From NCBI GenBank assembly GCA_964487045.1, contig CAZAOT010000003.1, positions 136,983-200,982 on the forward strand: 64,000 bases of DNA, in the 5' to 3' direction. The position numbers and the translations under genes are program-made. This stretch comes from an uncultured Candidatus Saccharibacteria bacterium (GTDB lineage Bacteria; Patescibacteriota; UBA1384; DTJR01). The notes below the pieces were generated by a model. That model was not told the DNA's origin. It was given only the letters and a program-made list of their open reading frames with translations, and did no database searches. Shown here piece after piece: positions 1 to 10,930 of this stretch (its first letter is position 1; each line of letters opens with the position of its first letter).

Positions 1-22
1 AAACATTTAGGGAGTTAAAAAT

Positions 23-1012
23 ATGAATACAAAATCAAATAATAAAATTAAGTTCAATGATAAAGTGAAGCTAATTATCTCAGATGTAGATGAGACGATT
101 GCTGATGTCTATAAAAAAGCTGATAGTAGGATGATCGGTGAACTAGATAAACTTTTGAGCGAAGGGAAAGTAATTTTTATGATTTCTGGTCATTCGGCAA
201 AAGGTATTCATGAAAGAATTCTCGCTGGAAGCAATCCAGAAAATCGGAAACGAATTTTGATCGGTCATTGCAGCGGAGTTGAAGTCTTTGGATACGATGA
301 TGAAGGAAACTTAAACGAACAACCATTTTATAGTTTATATAATGAGAAGCTAGACGAAAATCAAAAATCAAAGCTTAGGCAAATTGTCGAGCAAGTAGTG
401 GAGGAATTTTCTCTAATAGTTTATCCGACCAGCGAAGTGGAGGAGTTTGTGATAAAGAGTGAAGGCAACCCACTTGCGATTATGTTAGATGATCGTGGTC
501 CGCAGATTACTTTTGAAGTTATCAATGGCCATGATTTATCTAAAGACCAGGCTGAACAATTGCCATTTAAAATTACTGAAGGTGAACATGGATGGGACAT
601 AAGAGATGTTTTAAAATTAAGATTTGAGCAATTACTCCAAGAGGCACAGATCCCAGTAGATCCCAGGAAAGCAGGAGTTTTTGCACTTGACCTTGCAGTT
701 AGCGGAGTGTCAAAAACTACCGCGGTAAAGTATGTTATAGAAAATAACGAATTACTGAATCGATTAGGTCTAGAGCCAAAGATTTTAAAAGATCCCTCTT
801 CAGTAGAGGTTTGGGGTGATAAGTTTTCCGAAAAAAGAGGCGGAACAGACAGGCACATAAGCGAAGGACTACCTAAGGATGTTCGATCAGTCGATTTTAG
901 ACAAGAGGATCCAAGCGAATTTCCTGAAGGTTATAATATCGTAGTTTGGAGCGGCGAAAGGCATCTGCATGATGGTTTGTTGGAATATCTAGAGTCAAGG
1001 CATGATGGATAA
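23..1012 (+). CDS. HAD-superfamily hydrolase (phosphatase-like)
   Basis: 329-aa ORF with an N-terminal DVDETIAD motif (HAD motif I, DxDxT). No stronger family assignment is possible from sequence alone. Confidence 0.5.
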   Translation: MNTKSNNKIKFNDKVKLIISDVDETIADVYKKADSRMIGELDKLLSEGKVIFMISGHSAKGIHERILAGSNPENRKRILIGHCSGVEVFGYDDEGNLNEQPFYSLYNEKLDENQKSKLRQIVEQVVEEFSLIVYPTSEVEEFVIKSEGNPLAIMLDDRGPQITFEVINGHDLSKDQAEQLPFKITEGEHGWDIRDVLKLRFEQLLQEAQIPVDPRKAGVFALDLAVSGVSKTTAVKYVIENNELLNRLGLEPKILKDPSSVEVWGDKFSEKRGGTDRHISEGLPKDVRSVDFRQEDPSEFPEGYNIVVWSGERHLHDGLLEYLESRHDG

Positions 1013-1811
1013 AATATTAATCACAGCCTATGATGGTCCGGATTTGGATGGGTCAGCGTGCGCTTTCGCTTACGCAGAATTAATCAATGCTCTTGGCGGA
1101 GACGCTACTGCGGCAGTTTTTGGCAATCTTAGACTAGAGGCTCAGTTTGCGTTTGATAAAGTAGGGGCAAAAATAATTAATGGATCCAAATTAAAAAAAT
1201 CAATTAACAAAATAATTTTAGTCGATGCTTGCGAAATAAAAGGCATCTCGTCAGAAATAGATCCGCTCAAAGTCATAGAAGCAATTGATCACCGCGCGGT
1301 CAATCAAGCAAAAGAGGAATTCCCAAATGCCTCTATTCAGATTGAACTAGTCGGCTCTTGTGCGACTTTAATCACAGAAAAATTTATTAAAAACAAAATT
1401 CAACCTTCACGGAAATCATCTACACTATTATATCTTGCGATCGCTTCGAACACGATAAATTTTAAGAATAATGTAACAACTGATAGGGACATTAAATCAG
1501 CCAAATATTTAAAAGAAATATCGAAAGTAGATGATGAGCTAGTCTTTGAAATGTTTGCTCATCAATCAAAGTTGTCCGGAACCATCAGAGAAATTTTTGA
1601 GCGAGATAAGTGGAGTAATCATGTGGCTGGTAAAGTTTTCTCAATATTTCAGTTTGAAATTATCGGAGTAGAAAAATTTGTAAAAGATAATTTTAATGAA
1701 ATTGTCGATTCTCTGAAAGAAGTAATGATGGAAGAAAAGTTTGATTTTACGCTGGCTACTTTTGTTGACTTGGAAAAAAGCTCGAAATACTTTTGTAGTT
1801 CCAGGCGATAA
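1002..1811 (+). CDS. putative DHH-superfamily phosphoesterase-like protein
   Basis: 269-aa ORF overlapping the upstream gene's stop. It has an N-terminal DGPDLDGSACAFAY and later IDHR motifs reminiscent of DHH phosphoesterases. The assignment is weak. Confidence 0.3.
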   Translation: MMDKILITAYDGPDLDGSACAFAYAELINALGGDATAAVFGNLRLEAQFAFDKVGAKIINGSKLKKSINKIILVDACEIKGISSEIDPLKVIEAIDHRAVNQAKEEFPNASIQIELVGSCATLITEKFIKNKIQPSRKSSTLLYLAIASNTINFKNNVTTDRDIKSAKYLKEISKVDDELVFEMFAHQSKLSGTIREIFERDKWSNHVAGKVFSIFQFEIIGVEKFVKDNFNEIVDSLKEVMMEEKFDFTLATFVDLEKSSKYFCSSRR

Positions 1812-1921
1812 AGTGGGGAATATATTTGAAAAGATTCTGGGGGTGAAATTTGAAAACAATATTGCTCATCTACCAAAGATTTTGATGCGTAAAGAAATAA
1901 TGCCAAAAATAAAAGAGTATT

Positions 1922-2230
1922 TTGAGGAAAATGAATAAATATCAAAAGCAAGTGGATAAGTGGTTTAAAGAAGAGGATTGGAAGTACTGGCATCCGCTTG
2001 GGCAAATGGCTGCGATGATGGAAGAAACTGGAGAGTTAGCTAGAATTGTAAATCATCTTTATGGTGAGAAGCCGAAAAAGTCGACCGAGAAGAAACAGGA
2101 GCTAGAAAGTGAGATCGGAGATGTTTTATATGTTTTAATTTGTTTAGCCAATACAGCTAATATCGACCTTGATAAAGCAATTGAAAAAACAATTAAAAAA
2201 GTGACCACGAGAGACAAGGGTAGATATTGA
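1922..2230 (+). CDS. MazG-like nucleotide pyrophosphohydrolase
   Basis: 102-aa ORF with EETGELA and EIGDVLYVLICLAN helices typical of the MazG NTP-PPase fold. Confidence 0.7.
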   Translation: MRKMNKYQKQVDKWFKEEDWKYWHPLGQMAAMMEETGELARIVNHLYGEKPKKSTEKKQELESEIGDVLYVLICLANTANIDLDKAIEKTIKKVTTRDKGRY

Positions 2231-2471
2231 TCTTTGTGACTAACAAAATATGACCCCAAAGGGGTCGTCTCGTTGGTGGGAGGGCGTTTTTGAGGTGGTA
2301 CTCAAAAACTAATGTTGTGGACGAGAAAGGCAGTATGAGAGGACTCGGTCACCGGTCGATTTCTCCTGAAATAAAAATGTCCAACTTCGCCATAAGGCTA
2401 CGCTGGACAAACTTCTTTACTATACTTCGGTGGCTCGCCAAGCGAAGCCACAATTTTATTGTGGCGAAGTT

Positions 2472-2489
2472 TGGTGGGCGGGAGAGGAC
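2472..2489. repeat. 18-bp direct repeat of the tRNA-Leu 3' end (tggtgggcgggagaggac); putative att-site copy at the element's left boundary
   Basis: Exact 18-nt match to 5574-5591. This is the reverse complement of the CCA end, discriminator, acceptor stem and start of the T-stem of the tRNA at 5574-5659. Confidence 0.7.
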
Positions 2490-2614
2490 CCCCTCTCAGT
2501 CAAAATCTGCTGATTTTGCTTCGAGGCTGGCCTCGTGCCGTCGCACTCCGGCCTTCGAGTCCTCTTTCCTATCAATAGTTCAAAAAACTGCGCCTGTTGG
2601 CGCATTTCTTTGCT

Positions 2615-2708
2615 TGGTGGTGCATAATGGAAATTGTTCGAACGCATTTCGCCGGCGAAGCCGGCGTGAAAAACACCCCCGAAAATTCCCGACTGAATTC
2701 TGAACTTT
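2615..2708 (+). repeat. inverted repeat A, + copy (TGGTGG core plus 88-bp arm)
   Basis: Positions 2621-2708 are 100% identical to the reverse complement of 3881-3968. The arm contains the hairpin CGCCGGC-GAA-GCCGGCG. Confidence 0.9.
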
Positions 2709-2781
2709 GACAATTTCAACTTTTTAGTGAGCAAAGCTCACTAGAGAAATCTTACCAGATTTCTCTCTTGGCGGCAAATTC

Positions 2782-3813
2782 CTAACCGTAATTTTTGATT
2801 AGTTTTTTCGAGAACCAATGATATTTTCCGAGACCTACCAAAAAACTCAGTAAAGTGTTGGAAAGTCGGTTATTAAGCTTAGTCAAAAAATTCGCGGACG
2901 AAAGGACCCTCTCGTGTCTGCGCTTAATCCTTAAAATTTCAGCAATGCCTTCGCATTTGTATTTAGGATTTACAATTCTATGTGCGACATCTCTTCCCGA
3001 AACTAAACCAAAATAAATTCCTTCACCAGTCAATCCAGAGGCAAAACCACCAGCGTCACCAACAAGAAATTTATTTCCAAATTCAAACCCTTGATAATCA
3101 AAATTTATTGTCCAACCTTGCAATTTTGAACCTTGAATATCGATTTGTTTATCGGCTAGCCATCGATGAAATGCTTTCTGCAGAGTTGAAGGTCTGAAAC
3201 TTCTTGTATCCTGACAGCAGCCAACCGAAGTATAGCCTTTATGTGGGAAAATCCACGAATATCCGCTTCCAAAAAGACTGGTATCAACATGATACTCCAT
3301 ATTTTTCAAATTTTTAGGAATAAAATATTGAATTGCCATGAGAAATTTATTGTTTTTCAAACCAAGCGATTTTCTGACGAGCGAGTTGCTTCCGTCTGCT
3401 CCAACTAAATACTTGAATGAAATTTTTTTACCGTCGGCTACGACAAAGTTGGTGCCGATTTCGGTTACATTACAACAAGTCTTAACAGTTGTTTTTGTGG
3501 AGAGTTTATTGGCTAAAAATTTGCCTAATTTGCCCCGATCAATCGTTCCCACGAAAGGAATACTGCCATTTGAAATTTTTACATTTTTTTCTTTTGAGGA
3601 AGCTATGACTTCAGAGAATAAAATTTCAGCAGTATCAAGTGGAATGTTTAAATTTTCAATTTTCGTTGTCAGCCCGCCAGCACAAACCTTTGGGCCAATC
3701 TCATTGTTTTTTTCTAGCAACAAAACCGTCATTTCTGACTTTTGCAATTCAATAGCACAGCTTAACCCAGCTGGCCCAGCGCCAACAATAATTACATCGT
3801 ATCCATCTATCAT
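2782..3813 (-). CDS. FAD-dependent oxidoreductase, geranylgeranyl reductase family
   Basis: 343 aa. The N-terminal GxGxxG Rossmann motif (DVIIVGAGPAGLSCA) and overall layout resemble the geranylgeranyl reductase / FixC family. The gene is flanked by the inverted repeat A pair. Confidence 0.7.
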   Translation of the reverse strand: MIDGYDVIIVGAGPAGLSCAIELQKSEMTVLLLEKNNEIGPKVCAGGLTTKIENLNIPLDTAEILFSEVIASSKEKNVKISNGSIPFVGTIDRGKLGKFLANKLSTKTTVKTCCNVTEIGTNFVVADGKKISFKYLVGADGSNSLVRKSLGLKNNKFLMAIQYFIPKNLKNMEYHVDTSLFGSGYSWIFPHKGYTSVGCCQDTRSFRPSTLQKAFHRWLADKQIDIQGSKLQGWTINFDYQGFEFGNKFLVGDAGGFASGLTGEGIYFGLVSGRDVAHRIVNPKYKCEGIAEILRIKRRHERVLSSANFLTKLNNRLSNTLLSFLVGLGKYHWFSKKLIKNYG

Positions 3814-3880
3814 AAAAATTTTCTTTTACAAAACAATGATTCGAGCCGATATTTTTGAACAGGTTTCTTTGGCAGTTTTG

Positions 3881-4067
3881 AAAGTTCAGAATTCAGTCGG
3901 GAATTTTCGGGGGTGTTTTTCACGCCGGCTTCGCCGGCGAAATGCGTTCGAACAATTTCCATTATGCACCACCATTTCGGAAAGAGCAAGTTTTCGGTTT
4001 GCGCCTCGCTTCGCTCGGCGACAAGTTTGTAGGGAATTTTCGGAACAATTTGCCACTTTCGATTTTG
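3881..4067 (-). repeat. central inverted copy of repeat A (3881-3968), CCACCA core (3969-3974) and repeat B (3975-4067)
   Basis: Reverse complement matches A at 2621-2708 (88/88) and B at 5481-5573 (93/93). The junction is the same 6-bp core as at the other sites. Confidence 0.9.
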
Positions 4068-4121
4068 AATGCATTTGTAAAAGAAAATTTTTATGAAATT
4101 TAGGAATAAATAAGGAGGAAA

Positions 4122-5675
4122 ATGAAATACATAATTTATGCCAGAAAAAGCACGGAAGAAGACGACAGACAAATTTTGAGTATTGAAGCGCAGCTTCATG
4201 AACTTTCTGAATTTGCCGCCAAAGAAAAACTTGAAATTGTCGCTTCTTTTCAGGAAGCCAAAACTGCCAAAAAACCTGGGCGAACAAAGTTCGCTGAAAT
4301 GTTAGAAATGATTGAGAAAGGAAAAGCGGACGGAATACTCTCGTGGCATCCTGATAGGTTGGCAAGAAATAGTGTTGACGGCGGGAAGATTATTCATTTA
4401 GTCGACCAAGGTAAAATCAAATCCTTGAAGTTCCCAACATTTTGGTTTGAACCAACTCCGCAAGGACTTTTTATGCTCCAAATTGCTTTTGGTCAAAGTA
4501 AATACTATGTCGATAACTTACGAGAAAATGTCACACGAGGTATGAATCAAAAAGTTAGAAATGGTGTTTGGCCATGTCTTGCTCCAATCGGTTATTTGAA
4601 TAATCCAAAAACCAGAGGAATTGATTTGAATAAAAAAAGGTCATTAATTGTGAAGAAAATGTTTGAGCTTTACGCTAGTGGAAAATACAATCTTCGGGAA
4701 TTAACCGATTGGGCGAAAGACAATAACTTCAAAAGCAATTTAGGAAGACCACTCACACCAGGGAAAATTCAAAAGATTCTCCAAAATGTTTTTTACCTTG
4801 GTCTTATGAAATACAATGGAGAAATCCATGAGGGAACTCACAGGCCGATAATCTCAAAGAAACTTTTTGATAAGGTTCAGCAAGTGATGAAAGAAAAAGG
4901 CAAACCGCATAAACAGAAAAAGCATCATTTTGCTTTTCTTGGTTTAATGAAATGCAAAAGTTGTGGTTGCTCAATTACTGCCGAAATTCAAAAAGGTCAT
5001 AATTATTATAGATGCACCAAGAAAAAGCAAAAGTGCAACGAAAAGTATATGCGAGAAGAATCACTTGTTGAACAAATTCATGAGTACCTGCAAAAAGTTT
5101 CTTTGCCCCGCCAAGACACCGAAAAGGTTTTGTTTGAGCTTCAGAAGGAAGAAACTCAAGCAAAAGAACAAGCCAAAACTTCCGTTCAATTTCTCAAAGT
5201 AAAACTTGGACAAACCGAAAAACAACTTGAAAAATTACTCGATGTTTATTTGAACGAGGTAATTACAACCGAAGAATATACTTTGCGAAAACAAAAATTA
5301 TTAAGCGAAAAACTTTCACTCAATGAGCAAATCAAAGATTTTGAACAAAAAGGCTTGTCTTGGCTCGAACCGGCCAGAGAGTTCGTTTTATCACTTGCCA
5401 AAGCTGATAAACTAAAAAATTCTGGAAATTATCCAGAAATTCTAACATTTCTCAAAAATATCGGCTCGAACCATTATCTACAAAATCGAAAGTGGCAAAT
5501 TGTTCCGAAAATTCCCTACAAACTTGTCGCCGAGCGAAGCGAGGCGCAAACCGAAAACTTGCTCTTTCCGAAATGGTGGGCGGGAGAGGACTCGAACCTC
5601 CACGCTTTTAGGGCACTAGCTCCTAAGGCTAGCGTGTATACCAATTTCACCACCCGCCCGACTGCATTATTATAG
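4122..5675 (+). CDS. large serine recombinase (resolvase/invertase N-terminal domain, recombinase domain, zinc ribbon and coiled coil)
   Basis: The N-terminus IYARKSTEEDDRQ carries the catalytic Ser in the R-x-S context. It also has GILSWHPDRLAR, a Cys-rich zinc ribbon (CKSCGCS...YYRCTKKKQKC) and C-terminal coiled-coil segments. The ORF has no stop until 5675, so its last roughly 65 codons run through repeat B and the antisense tRNA; the true C-terminus is uncertain. Confidence 0.85.
   Translation: MKYIIYARKSTEEDDRQILSIEAQLHELSEFAAKEKLEIVASFQEAKTAKKPGRTKFAEMLEMIEKGKADGILSWHPDRLARNSVDGGKIIHLVDQGKIKSLKFPTFWFEPTPQGLFMLQIAFGQSKYYVDNLRENVTRGMNQKVRNGVWPCLAPIGYLNNPKTRGIDLNKKRSLIVKKMFELYASGKYNLRELTDWAKDNNFKSNLGRPLTPGKIQKILQNVFYLGLMKYNGEIHEGTHRPIISKKLFDKVQQVMKEKGKPHKQKKHHFAFLGLMKCKSCGCSITAEIQKGHNYYRCTKKKQKCNEKYMREESLVEQIHEYLQKVSLPRQDTEKVLFELQKEETQAKEQAKTSVQFLKVKLGQTEKQLEKLLDVYLNEVITTEEYTLRKQKLLSEKLSLNEQIKDFEQKGLSWLEPAREFVLSLAKADKLKNSGNYPEILTFLKNIGSNHYLQNRKWQIVPKIPYKLVAERSEAQTENLLFPKWWAGEDSNLHAFRALAPKASVYTNFTTRPTALL
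5481..5579 (+). repeat. inverted repeat B, + copy (93-bp arm plus TGGTGG core) abutting the tRNA 3' end
   Basis: Positions 5481-5573 are 100% identical to the reverse complement of 3975-4067. The core at 5574-5579 is the tRNA ...ACCA end on the opposite strand. Confidence 0.9.
5574..5659 (-). tRNA. tRNA-Leu (anticodon TAG), type II with long variable arm
   Basis: I folded this by hand from the reverse complement. It has a 7-bp acceptor stem (GGGCGGG/CCCGCCC), anticodon stem CTAGC/GCTAG with loop CTTAGGA (anticodon TAG), a roughly 15-nt variable arm, T-arm GGAGG-TTCGAGT-CCTCT and an encoded CCA. Confidence 0.85.
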
Positions 5676-5722
5676 GTTAAAATTTAAAATTTGTCTATAA
5701 GAAGGAGTATTTATTGCCCTAA

Positions 5723-6298
5723 TTGATTTATTCTGTTACGATTTTTTATGATATGGATAAAGAAACATCTAATCAGGAAAATCTATCAAAGCAGTCAGGC
5801 GAAAAAGATCTGATTATTTTTAGGCAAAGTCGTGATCGACTTTATCTTGATTTAGCAATTGTCGCTCTGGCATTTATCGGTCTTTGTATAATGTTCTATA
5901 GTTCGACTTTCTTTAATCCAATAGTTTTGATTATTTTATTTTTCATCATTATCTTAGTCTGTATTACTGTTTATGTATCATGGTATTTTACTATATTTAA
6001 AATTACTACTATCAGGGTTGAATATAAATCCGGATTAATTTCTAAGATAGAAGAAGAAATCGCTCTTGAGGATATTCAGACTGTTGATACTGTCCAGTCT
6101 TTAATAGGTCGCCTTTTGAATCATGGTGATATCAAAATCGAGTCGGCTGGTAATAACATTATTATTTTAAAAAATGTACATAATGCTCATAATCTTGCCC
6201 ATCAGATAGCAACCTTGTCACTCAATTATAATAAGTCTGTCGAAATTGATGACGATCATGTTCCATTCGATAAAGATATCGATAAAACTTATCGGTGA
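5723..6298 (+). CDS. membrane protein with bacterial PH (YdbS/YdbT-like, DUF304) domain
   Basis: Two N-terminal transmembrane helices are followed by a roughly 80-aa segment (IRVEYKSGLISK...GDIKIESAGNNIIILKNV) with the bPH_2 pattern. Confidence 0.5.
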   Translation: MIYSVTIFYDMDKETSNQENLSKQSGEKDLIIFRQSRDRLYLDLAIVALAFIGLCIMFYSSTFFNPIVLIILFFIIILVCITVYVSWYFTIFKITTIRVEYKSGLISKIEEEIALEDIQTVDTVQSLIGRLLNHGDIKIESAGNNIIILKNVHNAHNLAHQIATLSLNYNKSVEIDDDHVPFDKDIDKTYR

Positions 6299-6710
6299 GA
6301 TCTCTTCTTTTTTCGCTCGATAGTTTTGAGTCTAGCTGCGTTTCTCTCGAGTAGCGACGTAGCATCAGCTAGTGATAGTTCGTCTACTTTTTCTTTCATC
6401 TTAAGAGCTGCATCCTTGATTGCCTCGATAGCTCTTTGCTCATCAATTGATTCAGCAAATTCGGCTGTCTGGACAAAGGCTACAATTTTTTCTGGACTAA
6501 CTGTTATGAAACCAGCGCCCACGGAAAGAAGTTTTTCTTCTGACTTATGTTCTATTTTTAATACACCAGGAGAGATCAAGCTGACAATTGGTAAGTGATC
6601 GGCCATGATTCCTACCTCGCCTTGTGGCGTAGGAAGGCTAACATACTGAGCCTCTCCTTCAAATAAAACTGCATCTGGTGAAGATAGTGTGAAGTGAAAA
6701 GTTTTGGCCA

Positions 6711-6711
<1 letters not shown>
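6289..6711 (-). CDS. atpC: F0F1 ATP synthase subunit epsilon
   Basis: 140 aa. It is the last gene of the atp operon and has the typical N-terminal beta-sandwich sequence (LPTPQGEVGIMADHLP). Confidence 0.85.
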
Positions 6712-8985
<2,274 letters not shown>

Positions 8986-8987
8986 GG

Positions 8988-10586
8988 TTATTTTGTTTCT
9001 TCTTTAGCTTCTTCTATTTCTTTTTCTTTATGTTGTTCAATTGCCTGAGAGATAATCTCTGTCAATTTTTCACCGTCTTTATCATCGAAGTCGCCAGTTT
9101 CATCGATCTTCTTAAGGATTTCTTTTCCTCTGGCATTTACCGCTTGGATGATAGAAGTCTCCGCATATTTAATCTTGTCAACCGGAACCTCATCAAGTAG
9201 TCCATTTGTAGCAGCGAAAAATATTGCAACTTCATCGGTAACCGGTAGCGGCTCGGCTTGCGGTTGTTTTAGAAGTTCGGTGAATCTTCTACCTCTTTCG
9301 ATCTGTTTTTTGGTAGTATCGTCAACATCTGAGCCAAATTGCGCAAATGATTCGAGCTCTCTGAATTGTGCTAAGTCGAGCTTTAGCTTTCCGGCAACTT
9401 TTTTCATTGCTTTAATTTGAGCAGCACCACCGACTCTAGAAACTGACAATCCGACGTTGACCGCTGGTCTAATACCTTTGTAGAAGAGATCTGGTTCAAG
9501 ATAAATCTGTCCGTCAGTGATTGAGATTACGTTGGTTGGAATATACGCTGAAATATCTCCCGCTTGGGTTTCGATAATTGGTAGTGCGGTTAAACTTCCA
9601 CCACCGCTGTCTTTGTTGAGTTTGGCTGCTCGCTCCAAAAGTCTTGAATGAAGATAGAAAACATCACCAGGATAAGCTTCTCTTCCGGGAGGTCTTCTAA
9701 GCAAAAGTGATATTTCTCGATAGGCCCAAGCCTGTTTTGTAAGATCATCATAAATAATCAACACGTCTCGCCCCTCTTCCATGAAGTACTCACCCATTGC
9801 ACAACCAGAGTATGGCGCGAGAAAGTTAAGTGGGGCAGGATCGGAGGCAGTTGCGCAGACTACAATTGTGTAATCCATTGCTCCAACTTCCTCTAGTTGA
9901 GCGACAATTTTAGCAATCTTAGACTTTTTCTGACCAATCGAAACATAAATACAAATTGGTCGTTTCTTTTCGTCTACTTGTTTTTGGTTGATGATTGTAT
10001 CAATCGCGATTGTAGTTTTTCCGGTACCGCGGTCTCCAATAATAAGCTCTCTTTGGCCTCGTCCAATTGGAATAATTGAGTCAATTGCCTTAATACCAGT
10101 TTGTAGTGGTTGGCGTACACCTTCTCTAGTGATAACACCAGGAGCTACTCTTTCTACCTCCATCATTTTTTCAGCTTTGATTGGTCCCTTATCATCGATT
10201 GGACTGCCAAGTACATCCACAACCCTTCCGATCAAGCCTTTACCGGCAGGAACTTTCAAGACCTCGCCGCTAGGAGTAACTTCATCAGAAGATGAAATTT
10301 TTTCGAACTGACCAAGTACTACCGCGCCAATCATTCCTTCTTCTAGTGAGAGTGCCATCGCTGGAACGGAGCCTTCTTTGGTTTTGATGTTTAGGAGTTC
10401 ACCGAATTTTGTTCCTCCTAGTCCTAAGATTCTTGCAACACCGTCGGCAACTTCAGCAACCTCGCCGACACTTCGGGTTTTGACTTCTTCGTCAAAGTTT
10501 AAAATTTCTTTCTTAAGCTGATCGACTAAATCACTCATAGTCACCTTCCAGTTGATTCTTTTATTTTTTCTAATTTGCCTCTCCAT
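8988..10586 (-). CDS. atpA: F0F1 ATP synthase subunit alpha
   Basis: 532 aa with P-loop GDRGTGKT. Confidence 0.97.
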   Translation of the reverse strand: MERQIRKNKRINWKVTMSDLVDQLKKEILNFDEEVKTRSVGEVAEVADGVARILGLGGTKFGELLNIKTKEGSVPAMALSLEEGMIGAVVLGQFEKISSSDEVTPSGEVLKVPAGKGLIGRVVDVLGSPIDDKGPIKAEKMMEVERVAPGVITREGVRQPLQTGIKAIDSIIPIGRGQRELIIGDRGTGKTTIAIDTIINQKQVDEKKRPICIYVSIGQKKSKIAKIVAQLEEVGAMDYTIVVCATASDPAPLNFLAPYSGCAMGEYFMEEGRDVLIIYDDLTKQAWAYREISLLLRRPPGREAYPGDVFYLHSRLLERAAKLNKDSGGGSLTALPIIETQAGDISAYIPTNVISITDGQIYLEPDLFYKGIRPAVNVGLSVSRVGGAAQIKAMKKVAGKLKLDLAQFRELESFAQFGSDVDDTTKKQIERGRRFTELLKQPQAEPLPVTDEVAIFFAATNGLLDEVPVDKIKYAETSIIQAVNARGKEILKKIDETGDFDDKDGEKLTEIISQAIEQHKEKEIEEAKEETK

Positions 10587-10930
10587 GAGAGGTCTAAAAT
10601 TCCATCGCCTAATTTTATCTTCAATCCTCCAAGCAATTTTTTATCGACTTCATATCTTGGAAGAATTTTTGAATCTAATTTTTTTATTAGCTTTTCTTCA
10701 AGTATCTGTTTCTCGGAACCAGTTAGCTCGTGAGCAGAGGTGATCAGAACAATGATTTCTTTGTTTGATTTAGCTCTTATCTCTCTAATTAGGCTGATCA
10801 TTTCTTCGAGGCGGGAAATTTTCTTTTGTTTCTGCAATTCAAACCAGAGCGATTTAGCAAGTTGCTCGATGTTATCATCGCTTAGTTTTCCCGCCGCAAT
10901 TGTAGCAATGTCGTTTACTGTTCGCTTCAT
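10541..10930 (-). CDS. atpH: F0F1 ATP synthase subunit delta (short form)
   Basis: 129 aa. The C-terminal [21 protein letters not shown] matches the delta/OSCP C-terminus and the operon position fits. It is shorter than the usual roughly 180 aa. Confidence 0.7.
   Translation of the reverse strand: MKRTVNDIATIAAGKLSDDNIEQLAKSLWFELQKQKKISRLEEMISLIREIRAKSNKEIIVLITSAHELTGSEKQILEEKLIKKLDSKILPRYEVDKKLLGGLKIKLGDGILDLSWRGKLEKIKESTGR

Larger units (their letters stand above)
2472..5659. mobile_element. small integrated element (about 3.1 kb) at the tRNA-Leu 3' end, carrying a large serine recombinase and an FAD-oxidoreductase cargo gene
   Basis: An 18-bp direct repeat of the tRNA 3' end sits at both ends. 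The recombinase gene abuts the tRNA. Internal perfect inverted repeats share the tRNA-derived CCACCA core. The left part is GC-rich noncoding DNA with tRNA-like fragments. Confidence 0.5.

Noticed and set aside
2290-2734. Six-frame ORFs of 137 aa (plus strand) and 92 aa (minus strand) in the GC-rich block left of the element
   Set aside because: Their composition is driven by tRNA-like and repeat sequence. They have no domain-like features, and they overlap the 18-bp att copy and inverted repeat A, so they look noncoding.
3338-4365. ORFs of 252, 129 and 159 aa overlapping the oxidoreductase gene and the central inverted-repeat block
   Set aside because: The 252-aa ORF is antisense to a well-supported FAD oxidoreductase CDS. 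The others are templated by repeats A' and B'; the same peptide tail, …MVVHNGNCSNAFRRRSRREKHPRKFPTEF, appears in two ORFs purely because of the repeat.
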